Origin: Parasitella parasitica NRRL 2501
Lineage: Eukaryota > Fungi > Mucoromycota
Reading direction: 5' to 3'
Assembly: GCA_025201805.1 (NCBI GenBank)
Contig: MU619315.1
Location: 1 to 64,000, forward strand
Length of the DNA: 64,000 bases
Part shown: one piece after another, positions 50,973 through 62,999 of the stretch
Position numbering within the stretch: position 1 is the first letter of the stretch
Layout: the number at the start of each line of letters is the position of its first letter
The notes under the pieces: generated by a model
What the model saw: the letters and a program-made list of their open reading frames with translations, nothing else
Told to the model about the DNA's origin: nothing
The model's database searches: none
Position numbers and translations under genes: made by a program

Positions 50973-52302
50973 TTAGACCTTTGCATCAAATCCGTTCGCC
51001 TGACTCAAGACTCGCAGCTTATCCTTCAAGGAATCCAAGTTCAGATAAGTTCCTTTAAGATGCCTGTCTCCACTTGTGGGATCAAAGGAAGTTCTACCGT
51101 GCAGCACTCTACGATTGGCAAACATGACCAGCTGTCCAGGCTGCAACGTCAATTGGTATCGGAGCGAATCGTCCTGGATGAAATCCGCAAACTTTTGGAA
51201 CGCACTGTAGAATTTCGTAGTGTCCGCTAATGTCAAACCGTCCAATGGTCCTTGAAACTGGGGGGCATAATTGACGTGAGTATCCCATGCAGCTCCACTG
51301 TGAGGTTCGCCAGTTACAATGGTGGGTCTCTTGTAATACATGTGATGGCCATTGTTAAGATAGTGGAAAGTGACCGGTGTCCTTTTGAGGATCTCGTACT
51401 CTTCAGGATACTTTTGCTTGAGCAACTCAACTGCACGGAAGGAATCCACAAAGATGCTCGCACCGCCTGTCACTGTATTCTGCAAACTGTGCAGTAGCTG
51501 GATTCCCGGAGGGCTATCCATATACCTGCATGATCAAGGCTCAGTCACGGATAAATACTCTGTGTGTGAATTTGACTTACATAAGATCCATATGAAAACC
51601 AAGATACAGACTAGTGTATGCAATATTGATGGATTTGGCTACATTTTTAACATCAAAGTCTCTGCCGTAGAAAGTCTCTTGGATAGGGCCTATTCTCTCA
51701 GCGACCTGGGTGCATGCTTCGTCCTTCAAGGGAACATCTTTCAGGAAGACAAGGCCTTTGTTGTACAATCGCTGGACTACTTTATGAAGACCTTTGTCCG
51801 TGTTCATGTAATCATCATACGATACCCATTCCAGCTTGTACTCCTCTGCACTCCATGTTTGCGGTACGAGATGGTTGTATCTAAATTTTTCGCTGGACTT
51901 GTTTGATGCATAGCGTTGTAAGAAATCAAAGGAAAAGCGGCTGACATGTGAATGAGCGTCATTCTGGCCATGTCGTAGAGGCTGATTCCAGGTGATTTCG
52001 ACTTGTTCATTGCTGATCTTCAAGTCGATGGGTCTGATGTCGAGAGGGATGTCGGCTGAGGAGTGTAGTTTTTGACGGCTCGAAGGATGGAGACACTGAG
52101 GACATTGGCAATTGTCTCTCAACCACAAGTAACTATATGCATTTGCTTGGTTGGCCCATACGATATGAACTGCGTCTTTGTTCAACGAGTAATTCTTAAC
52201 TTGCCCTGACAAGGTGGTGTACAATCTAGGAACAGCTATAACCGGCAAAGGCAATGGCTTCAGGGCAGATCGAAGTGATCGACGAGTAAAAGCGGCAAAC
52301 AT
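50973..52302 (-). CDS. Gamma-butyrobetaine dioxygenase-like Fe/2OG enzyme (BBOX/AIM17 family), mitochondrial presequence; 2 exons
   Basis: N-terminal Zn site WLRDNCQCPQC; NIAYT..GFHMDL (HxD); NRRVLHGRTSF; RHLKGTY. Confidence 0.88.
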
Positions 52303-52527
52303 GTCGTCTATTGTAAAGACTAAGAATGTAAACAAAGACACCAATTCCTTCCCCCCCCCAAACCTTTTAGGTGCAGATTTATATATATTATTAGGCTCCC
52401 GCGCATCGTGTTCCTGTGCAACAAGCCATACATGTCTTTTGTACAATGTAAACATTCCACAAGAAAGATTACAAGTACAGTTCGCAGAAGTTGGATATGT
52501 GGATGCAAGCTTTCTTTTCAGCCTTCC

Positions 52528-53953
52528 ATGCTTAAAACTTGTATCCGATTATTGCTTGTGTGGGTAGTTTTGCATCCTGCCAGTTGCATTCGAACACAAA
52601 CTCCTGGCCCAGATGCTTCATGGCCAATCATATACTCTAGCAACGGAGAGTCGGATGTAACAGCTAATGATTATGACCAGATAGGCCCAGATTTGAGACG
52701 GAAAATACACGAATACGACCTGTTACCTGCCTCCAGAAAAGTGCTTCGATACAGTGCAAATACTCCAGAATTCTTGGATGGTCAATTCCACGCTGCTTTA
52801 TGCAGAACATCCAATTGCAGAGCCAGCTTTGATAAGTGGGATTGTGGGGAACTTTGTGAAACTTACTTGCCTGACGGCCAAGTTTTACGAGCATTCAGTA
52901 CGTTTCCTATGGGTGTTACTGGAAACATAGTGCTATCTCATCAGTAAGACATATGCATATTTTAATGTAACTTTATTGACCCTTGTAATACAGGAAAAAG
53001 ACAATATACGTGCTGGTGAGAGGAGCATCGTCTGTCCGAAACAAAATCACCGCAAGTAGCAACCGACTAGTCGTTGACCAAGATGTATATCAACATTTCT
53101 TGAATAGGTTTCTAATATCAAGCTTGTGGATCACCCGTTCATTGAAGGTGCTAAAGTGCAAGAAGGTCTGTGGGGGGGGGGCAAGATATATATATATGTG
53201 ATTGCCCGTATAAACTGACCCAAATGAACATCTAGGGCTTTTGGGAGCTGTGAGAGACATTTATAAGATTGTGCACACTGCTTTATACGACCAGTTATCA
53301 TTGACACCTGACTACAAGGTGGATGTCACTGGGTAGGCTTTGTGTTTAGGTTTACAAGATACTTGTGCACATATTTAATTCGGTTGATAGGCATTCATTT
53401 GGCGCTGGAGTTGGATCATTATTAGTAGCTGAGCTGAACCATCGACTTGATCTAGTAAACTCTACTAATTTATCTGGCCATTTGATGGGCAAGGCCAGAG
53501 TTGGAACATACAAATATGCTGCTTATTTCGCACAGCAGAATCTCAGTATTCGCAGATATGTTGAAGAGGGAGATGACATTGTACATTACCCTGATATTCG
53601 GGATGGTTACGTGGTAGGTGTAATGGACAATGTTTTTAACAGATCAATTTCATTAAACATGCTAGTTACGCTAGCACGAAGGCGATGAATATTGGCTTGA
53701 AAATGCAATTATACAAGAAATGTGTAAGTTACAAAGGAACCAGAGTAAAGATTGTAGGTTAACAGATGTGCAGTGGTATGCCCTGGCCCGTACGAAACTA
53801 GAGATTGCTCAAACAGAGTCAGATATACAAAGTCTACGCAGCATTTAATGTACGTTCATTTTTATAGCAGCCACACTATCTAACACTAACCCTGTTTCTA
53901 GCTATTGGAATATCATTCAGAATTGCGATACTGACTTTAACAACATTATTTAA
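52528..53953 (+). CDS. Secreted class 3 lipase-like protein (copy B); ~8 exons, one GC-AG intron
   Basis: Signal peptide; CRTSNC..KWDCGELC; G|HSFGAG; GKARVG; GDDIVHYP; HEGDEYW; VCPGPYETRDCS; QHLIYW. Confidence 0.88.
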
Positions 53954-54055
53954 TAATAATGTATACAAACAAGCAAACGGCATATATATACAGTAAAATT
54001 ATGTTTATTCTTAATAAACTTAAACGGTCAAATTTAAAATTTACAGCGTATTTTG

Positions 54056-54907
54056 CTAACGATTGGCAAACATTTGAGATAAACTGGGCATGTCTGCCAG
54101 CATTTTTTGAGCATCTGCTTGAGACTTGCTCATCTCGTTAGCTGCTTCAGGATCCATATCTTGTAACGACTTCATCATTTTTGGCATAAAGAACATCATG
54201 ATGGCACTGAATCCCATCATGAGCATCATAGGGTTTTTGAACATAGCCATAAGGTTGAATCCTTGACGTTGCTAAGTCATAAATTACGGTTAGAGTCAGG
54301 TATATCAAAAGTAATATGGAGCTCCTCCCCCCCCCCTTGTATAAGTTTTTACCATGAAATATTCAGCTTCTGCCTTGGCTTGAATCTCTAGTGGATAAAC
54401 AACGGAGTATCCTCTTTGATTCCAATCAATACCGAGCCCCGTATATGCTGCCTGAACCTGATTCTCCTGGCTAATATCGATTCGAATTTTCGGAAATACA
54501 TGCTCAATACTTTGAACCTCCAACAGATAAGAGCCTGGTTGGACGTGGAGGCTGTTTTGTGTAAGAATGTGCTTTGGCAATCAAATAAACCCTTCTATCG
54601 TATAAAAACCTACATGTTGAATTCACCATTTGATCGAATATGGGTTATATACTGTGCACCGTTGAGCACAATTCTTGTGGTAGAAGAGTCGATTTTTGAC
54701 ACGTCTGCGATAGTCAGTAAATACTGCAGGTTGTCCAAGATAATACATACCATTCAAAATAGCATTCGGTATAATTTTTCCGTGGATATCGAACGCGGAT
54801 GCTATCACAACTAATAAACTGATGTGGCATTAGTTTTTGTTCATCATGAGACTGATCCATTGTTTTTCTTGCAAATACCTTGTGATTAACACACTGAATA
54901 ATTTCAT
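54056..54907 (-). CDS. EMC7: ER membrane protein complex subunit 7; 5 exons
   Basis: Signal peptide MKLFSVLITS|LLVVIASA; VQPGSYLLEVQSIEHVFPKIRIDI; MFKNPMMLMMGFSAIMMFFMPKMM..MDPE. Confidence 0.9.
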
Positions 54908-55097
54908 ATTTTGTAACAAAAAAAAAATAAGATATTGCACAACACACGACGAGTATGGTGCACTATCACTTTTTTTTAAGTATCCGCAAATCAGCACTTC
55001 ATGTAAGAAATGTTGATCACATATAAAGTGATACAAAGTCTTCCAGGGCGCTTTTCTCTTATCTCCTGTCAACTTTTTTTTTTCTTTTTCTAGCCAA

Positions 55098-56021
55098 ATG
55101 GTTGCTTCTATTATGGATGCTAAATGTGCTTGGGCTGTAGTCCTGACAAGTTCCAACAACTACATCAAGGGCGTCATTGCTCTTAAACACGCGCTGCATG
55201 ATTTACACAAGAGTAGATATCCATTGCTAGTTTTGTATACACCGGCCGTAGTTCCTGAGGTCGTTGAAACCTTGATTGATATCGGTTGTGCCGTCAAGCC
55301 TATAGATCCAATTCACCCAATGGGTAAGGCTGAATATAAATTCGAGCGATTTGTAGAAACATGGACCAAATTGGCTGTGTGGAAACAAGAGGAATACAGC
55401 CGATTAGTCTTGTTGGATGCCGATATGCTGCCTTTGCAAAATATGGATGAGCTCATGCATTTAGATTTGCCGGATAAGGATTGGGTGGCTGCTTCTTACG
55501 CCTGTGTATGTAATCCTCAAAAGATCAAACACTATCCTCGCTCCTGGATTCCCGAGAATTGCGCATATACAGGGCGAGATACCACAGCTTGCACCGAAGC
55601 AACGCCCATCGATGACAAATCGGGTTATTTTAATAGCGGCCTTATTGTGTTGACTCCAGATACCACCAAGTTCGATGCTATGGTAGCCTACTTGAACAGC
55701 ATCGCGGATCTAAACATTTACCCTTTTCCCGATCAAGACTTTCTAAATGAAATATTCAACTCGAAATGGAAGCCAATTCCATACGTGTATAATGCTCTCA
55801 AGACACTTCAATGGGCTCATGAGCCGATGTGGGACGATAAGCAAGTCAAAAATGTACATTATATCCTGACAAAACCATGGGATGTTGATATTTGTCAGGA
55901 GCTGCCCGAATTAGAAAATGTATACAAACCGTTGTACAGACTCTGGTGGGATAGTTATACGCAAATTACACAAACAATGACCAATATGAAGCGATTGAGC
56001 CTTGCAATTTCACCAAAGTGA
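55098..56021 (+). CDS. Glycosyltransferase family 8 (glycogenin/galactinol synthase-like); single exon
   Basis: WTKLAVW..EYSRLVLLDADML (DxD); ACVCNP; YFNSGLIVLTP; FPDQDFLN; YNALK; VHYILTKPW. Confidence 0.9.
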   Translation: MVASIMDAKCAWAVVLTSSNNYIKGVIALKHALHDLHKSRYPLLVLYTPAVVPEVVETLIDIGCAVKPIDPIHPMGKAEYKFERFVETWTKLAVWKQEEYSRLVLLDADMLPLQNMDELMHLDLPDKDWVAASYACVCNPQKIKHYPRSWIPENCAYTGRDTTACTEATPIDDKSGYFNSGLIVLTPDTTKFDAMVAYLNSIADLNIYPFPDQDFLNEIFNSKWKPIPYVYNALKTLQWAHEPMWDDKQVKNVHYILTKPWDVDICQELPELENVYKPLYRLWWDSYTQITQTMTNMKRLSLAISPK

Positions 56022-56224
56022 TCCTCCATACCTTAACGCTGATCTAGTCTATAACATTTGGAGAGTCCTGCCTCCCTCCTCTTCCTTTTCCATTTTTTCC
56101 CTTTTGTCTTTTCATTTATAATAAAACCCCCCGTTTACCGTTATTTTAGCCGACTCGCATGTATATATATATATATATTGCTAGAAATTCACTGGATCAA
56201 TCATTAAATCAAATACACATCCAA

Positions 56225-57624
56225 ATGGTTCCACTCCCGCCAAAACACAGATCATTCATTACCTGTGAAGCAGGCCTCAAATCTGGCAATTTTCCAGCGC
56301 CTGAAGGCTTCAGTCTGGTGACATCCCATATCTACATCAAGTTTATCGTCTTTTTCGAGAATACCAAGAACGACCCTCAATTTATGAACCCAACTTGGTT
56401 CAAGTCCAAGTTACAGGAAGCTTTAAACCTGCATCATCCGTACACTGGCCGTTTGATCAAAAAGGAGAACGGTAGATATGAAATTGGCCATTTTGACAGG
56501 GGCGCTTTATTCGAAGTTTGTGATTCTGCAGACGACTTTCAGCAATGGAAGAAAAGCAATTTTTCATACAATGTAGTTCCGTATGAAGATTTGATCCCTA
56601 TTAAAGAGTACGTCGGTAGAGACTCTGCTTTGTTTGGCGCTCGCTTGACTTTTACTAGGAACGGTGGCTGTGCTCTTGCCATGTCAGCCCATCACAAGAT
56701 TGCAGACGGCATCTGTTTGACGCAAATGCTTGATAAATTCACTCGAATCTGTCGCGGAGAGGGCCTTGATGAAGACGAGATTTGCCTTTACACAGATAGA
56801 ATGAGGAAGCCTGTAAAGCCACTTCCGAATGTAGACCATAGCATCTTGTATCCTCGTTATGCGCCTGGAGAGGCTCCTGCCCCTACCATTCAGCCTGCTC
56901 CCTCCAAGAAACTTATTTTTGAATTCGAGAAAACTGCGCTCAACAAGCTGAAGAAAAGTGTCATGGAATCTGGGGATGACCCCAAAGTGAAATTGACTCA
57001 GTTTGAAGTGTTGGCAGCCATGATCCACAAAGCCATTATCAAAGCTAGAAGAGACGAACCTGATCAATTAGCTGACTTGCTGTGCATTGTGAGCCAAAGG
57101 CATTTCCATCCTGACGAGAATATGATGAACTATTTTGGAAACTACATTGTGTAAGTTTCTCGCTTATTGACTAGTTCTACAAATGGTATCAAAAGATTCT
57201 TACTTGCGAACATAGACCTGTGCCTGTCCCTTTTACCGCAAAAGAAGCCCTCGATAAAGGTTTGTTTCAAGTCGCCAAGGAACTAGGGGAAAGCATCCGA
57301 TCCATGAATGTACCTTATATGGAGTCTCTTGAGCACTACATCAACACATGCGAAAACGTTGAAGAGATTACCAGCCCTATCAGCCGCTTAGGACGTGGAG
57401 GCATTGGCATTTCGGATTGGTCTAGATTTGTGAATAACTATGACATTGGTCATGGACAAGTACTATGTCTTCGAAGCTTTGTTGATACTTCACCAATTCC
57501 TCTTATTACCATTATGCCTTACAAAGCTGATACAGTGGATGTGGTTATCCAACTTGATACCAAGAGTTTGAAGAGATTAGTCCAGGATCGTGAATTTATG
57601 GCCTATGTAAAGTCCATCAATTAG
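56225..57624 (+). CDS. BAHD/transferase-family CoA-dependent acyltransferase; 2 exons
   Basis: PYTGRL; HxxxD motif HHKIADG; YFGN; SDWSRF..YDIGHG (DFGWG equivalent). Confidence 0.85.
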
Positions 57625-57805
57625 TCTTAATCTTCAATTACCATATAGATATACTTTGTAAAACAGATAATAAAGTTTGTTTTGTTTCTAATAAAAAAAA
57701 GGGGGGGGGGGCATTTGATAGATCGAATGTATTACCCGAGTATGTATATAAAAGCTTTATTATTTTCTGTGTATATATGTATAATGAAAATGCGATACCG
57801 TAGAA

Positions 57806-60302
57806 TCAAGAGATCATAGAGGTAGGGGTGCTCAAATGCTTATTACTGCTTCTTTCAGCACTTTTGCCAATGTCATTCGTGCAGTAATAATCAATGTTGA
57901 TAAGTGCTGCCTTGCCAAAACCTTCATAAGAAAGCTCTTTGTTACAGAGAATGATTTGTTTATAAATTCGTTCCATTCCTGGCATTTCAGGACGGTTCTG
58001 AAAGGCTGTTCAAACCATATTAGTATTTTTNNNNNNNNNNNNNNNNNNNNNNNNNNNNNNNNNNNNNNNNNNNNNNNNNNNNNNNACCTAATATAGCTGC
58101 ATTCACATCGGTAGCCAAAGCATCTCTTCTCGATATTTCCAACAAATTGGCAACTGGACTACTATAAGGGTCATCGTAGGCCAGCAACGAAAAGATTTCC
58201 TTGATTGCGTTTTAGTAAAAAAACACCTTCTGTAACCATGCGCTATGCCATCATTTTACTCACCACAAGACTGGATCTTGTTTTCCCTCGGATATCATGT
58301 TGATATTCCTTTTGCAGCGTTTGCCCATATTGCATAACCAACTTTAATGAATTCGCAGCCTCAGCGCTAGTTGTATCATTTTCCCCTTCCATTGCTGTTG
58401 CCGTAAAATGATTCCCATTTGATGTATTGCTGCTGTTTGCACTTGTCATGTTTGTGCACTTGCTACTTACATTTCCTTCAGTAGATCTAGTGGTGTCGGA
58501 AACTGTGTCTATATGATCGTCATCCAAGTCCATATTTTCAGTTTGTTGGCGAGGTGTCTCTGTGCTACTAGAAGGTGACAAAGAAGCAGCCATTGCTGCA
58601 TAGCTCAAGCGTCTTCCCGGTGGTGGAATAGAATTTGTGTGGTACTGTGTCGTAGACGGTCCTGAAACTGAATTGGATCTCTGTGTGCGATCCTCATTGG
58701 CATTCAGCAATTGGTCTGGTGCGTCTGATGATATTCTACTGTCTACTGAGGCTGTTCTTAATCGTCTACTTTTGTTACAGTCGCAATAATCTCGCATCAT
58801 TTCAATAAATTTTCCACACTTCAAAGCTAGCTGTAATTCCTCTCCACGCCCCTCTTCTTGCAAAACGCCAGGAAAATACTCGTCGATCAATGCAATAGCT
58901 TGATCAATATCCCCATGGATAATTGCGGATCTAATCACTGTGAAGTGCTGTAAATATGTATTCGAAATGCAATCGCCAGAAAGTAGACTTACATTGTCTT
59001 TCTTCCATGTCCTTTTCACCCTCTTGAATCATGCCATTGTTCGAAGACAAGAATAATTCTTGACCAGATACATGGCCAGCATTTTGTACAACAGCCTTTG
59101 CTGTTCCTGTATATCCATGATGGATTAAATATGATAAAATCAATTGATCCATTACCAACTTTGAGTTCGGTTCTTCCCTTTCACCAGTTGATGTTTTAGT
59201 CCTGCTTAAAGTGATTTCATCGATAAATTTAATTCGTTGATCCTATGTTTACAATCAGAAGTGTGTCTAGACTGAATGAGACGATGCTTACATTGACATA
59301 TTGTGCGATATCAAAAACGAATGGCTCATGACCGAAATTTGCCGTAACTTGTTCACCGGGTGTGCGCAACCCGATAGCAGGAAATATCGCCTGACTCAAA
59401 TTCATGTCTGTAAATGCGACCCCTAGAAATTTGCCGTTTTTGGTGTAGAAAGCTGAATTGTCTGCAAAATTGACGCCACATCCAATAACATCGCCAGTGG
59501 TGAAGCATGGCCCATAATTCTTTCCGGTTCCAGAACCAGCAAATGAATGGCCATCATCGCCATGATAGCCCCAAGAATCTGCATCCCAGCCTGGCAACCT
59601 TTCGACTTTGTTGGACGCTCCACAAAGCCCAATTCCAATATAGCCATCGTCTCCTTTGGAGATCACTTTCATCTCGTAGTAAAATATTCCACATTGAGGC
59701 CGTATTGGGAAATTTGTTCTTGCGAGGGCTGCATGTGTTTCTTGTTTACCAGGACCTTGTTNNNNNNNNNNNNNNNNNNNNNNNNNNNNNNNNNNNNNNN
59801 NNNNNNNNNNNNNNNNNNNNNNNNNNNNNNNNNNNNNNNNNAAAAAAAAAAAAAAAAAAAAAAAAAATAACAACAATTCAATTCATGCAAATTTCTGTGT
59901 GCAAAATAATTTCAACTCACCAATATATGATAAATCTATACCATTATAGCCAATTTCGATGTTTTTAGATTTATCTCTCGGGTTCCACAATGTGGGCAGG
60001 CGCAAGTCCAATTCCTCTAGTTGCTTTTCCTCCAAGCAGGTTGTTGTGGACTTTTTATTCGCATTATTAGGAAGAGGTTTGATTTCATGCTTTTGTTGAT
60101 GAAATCTGTATTGTTCGAGGGCTAATTTCCCATAAAGCGTCTGCTTCAGATAGTTGGGGATTTTCGGTGGCGCTATCGAACGCTGAATGAATGAAGGCGA
60201 TGTGGGATGATGGTGCGCACTTGCTCGTCGCTGCGAAATTAGTCCACTTTGATGCAAAGCTGGAAAAGATGCATTGTATGTGGGAGTAATAGAGTAGTTC
60301 AT
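57806..60302 (-). CDS. RanBP9/10 (Vid30/Gid1-like) CTLH complex scaffold: SPRY-LisH-CTLH-CRA; spans two N gaps
   Basis: SPRY RLPGWDADSWGYHGDDG...FTTGDVIGCGVNF...LRTPGEQVTANFG; LisH LILSYLIHHGYTGTA; CTLH IRSAIIHGDIDQAI...LKCGKFIEM; CRA FSLLAYDDP. Confidence 0.9.
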
Positions 60303-60872
60303 TTGATGGTTTATAAAAAGTATAGTACTCGGGAAAAGTGCAGAAAAGAAGCGCATGTAATACGATTTTTATTCTATTTGAAACAAGAATGGCGTACGTC
60401 ACCGAGCTTAATTCACACACACATTTGCAACTGAATGAGAGGCGTCCACTTTACGAGCATGATTTGCTGAGCAAAAGTTTCCTTGAATGACTAATACAAT
60501 GGCCAAGTGTATTTTCATTGTGATTATCACCTTAGTTTTTCACTATGCATGATTTTCTAAATGCATTAGAAAAGGTCATTGGTATGCCGAGTGAAAGCGA
60601 AATGATAAAGCTGACACTTCTTTTCCAACATGCGTTTTTGTTGGATACTGTCCATTGTGCATTGCCCAAAAAAAAAAAAGAAAAGAAAAACAAACAAGCA
60701 TGTTGAAAGTTTCATTGTTATTCAAATTCATATGTGCATGTCTTTTCAATGTAAGTATCTTTGCAAACATTTTCTGCTCGATTATTTAGAAACAAGCTTG
60801 GCCCCAGTCACGAAGAGTGTAAAATCCCTTGTCTCTTAGCAACAGATCTTTTCTTGACATTAGACTGTTGCC

Positions 60873-62696
60873 ATGGTTTACGCAGAAGCAGAAGCAGAAG
60901 CAGAAGCAGAGCAGATTGACCACATTGATCTAGACAAAGAATTAGACCAAAAATGCAATATTGAAGGGAAAAAAAAGAAGAAAAAGTCCAACAACAGCAA
61001 GAAGAAGCCCGCTGCTCCCATTTCACAGCATTACGAGCGAGCCCTTGCTTCTTATCCTGTCAAATTGAACAACTCCAAAGCAAAAGGTCGACATGCGGTT
61101 GCGCAATGTAATCTAGAAGAAGGTATCACCTTGTGTCAAGAACAAGCAACAGCTTTTGTCGTTCGATCCCAGTATATTGACCAGCAATGCCATGTTTGTT
61201 TATCTGATTTGGAGCAGAAAATGATGTGCTCTGATTGCAAAAAGGCATTTTACTGCTCTCAAGGTTGTTTAGAAAAAGATAACGACTTGCATGTCTTGGC
61301 TTGTCGTCCTATTGCACAAGTAGAGGCCATTGGACACGCTACAGATGTTGAAGCTGATCTGCTTCGTTTGATGACCCTGCTGATGGCTCGCAGATACCTT
61401 GATACGCAAAACAAAGACATCAAAGAGGGTGATATTCAACCTACACCTTATTGGTGTGTAGAGGATCTAATTAGCCACAGAGAGAATGCAGAGCCAGCGT
61501 TCATAAAAGTTCTCGCTGAAGCATGTAAGCTTTATCGTCCCAAATATACTTGTGGGCAATATGTTTTTAACCGCATCCTTATCCTTATTATAATCTTAGC
61601 GCAGAGATTAGTGGTGGAAATGCCTGAGGAAATTCAAACCACTGTGGAAGAAATGGTTACGCTCGCTTGCAGGTATCATTGAATCAAAATGAAAAATGCC
61701 GAGATCCTTTTCATATACTAAATCGCTACTAGAATCAACTCGAACGCACATGGTTTGGGCGATAACCATTCTCGTAATACTGATGTCGCTTTAGGCGTGT
61801 TTCCTCTTGGTGCCCTATTTTTTAATCATGGCTGCAATCCCAACACAGCGTTCATTGGATTATCGAATGGACAACTAGCATTTAGGACAATCAGGCCTGT
61901 TGCAAAAGACGAAGAGCTAGTCGTGAGCTATCTAGATCTCTATTCTGACCGTGATGAGCGAAGGCAGGAGCTCTTGCAGTCGAAACATTTTTGGTGTAAA
62001 TGTAAACGTTGCGCGGGGCCCATGGAAAAATCTGTGGACCGCTTCCTTCAGGGTGTTGTTTGCACACAATGTAAAGAGGATGTATATGTTATTCCAGCAA
62101 CTTCATTGGAGCATCTGTCAAAAGGTAACCGTGCCCTGTACATGGAACAAGGTAGCTTCAAATGCGCCAAATGCGAATCCGAAATTGCCTGCGATCAAGT
62201 AAGGGAGACTTTAGACAATGCCAATAAATCTTACATGCTCGGTATGAGTGCAATTCGTCAAGAACGCAATTATAAACGGGGAGCAGAGAAGCTGGAGCAA
62301 ATCATCAAGCATAACGGTACGATTGGAGGAGGATTGCATACGTTGAATGCCTTCAGGTTGAATTCTCTCATCCCTTTAATGAATTGCAAGCGACGTAATA
62401 ATGATTTGAAGGGCGCCATTGATGTAAACAAATCAATCATTGGTTTGATGGCGCAGTATGCTGTGAATGGAACATTACCAGCAAATACATCGGAAATCTC
62501 GGATTTCTGGCAAAATTTGGGCGAACTTTGTTCGGAACTAGCCAACGATACCAAAGGGCGCAGTTCGATATTAGAGAAGAAATGGCTCAAAGAGGCCAAA
62601 GCTGCGTTTTTACAAGCCTTGAATGTTCGCACTGTAGTCTTTGGCAAAAATCATCCTAAAACAAAGTCTATTGAAATTTCTTTGGCTCGTTTATAA
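60873..62696 (+). CDS. SMYD-family SET/MYND lysine methyltransferase; 3 exons
   Basis: KGRHAVA; MYND CHVC..CSDCKKAFYCSQGC..H..C; FFNHGCNPN; EELVVSY; post-SET FWCKCKRC; TPR-like tail VFGKNHPKT. Confidence 0.92.
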
Positions 62697-62999
62697 AGAA
62701 GCAATGATTCATATTTTCTTTATAATTGTTATTTCTTGAATAAAAAGATATATATAGACTAGCGTTTTGTTTTTATTTCATATACATTGTTGGTGCAAAC
62801 AACTTCAGTATACTGTCATTTTGCAGTTTCTAAAAAAAAAAAAGCTCAAGTAAATCATATAATAATGTATATAATGGTTTCTGGTAACAAACCTTTTATT
62901 TCTGATAAAAGCCAAGAAGTTTCTGAGAGAAGAGAAGCAAATGCTTTGTTTCATTCATAATAAAAAATACAAAGAGAATGTGCTGTGAAATAAGCTATC

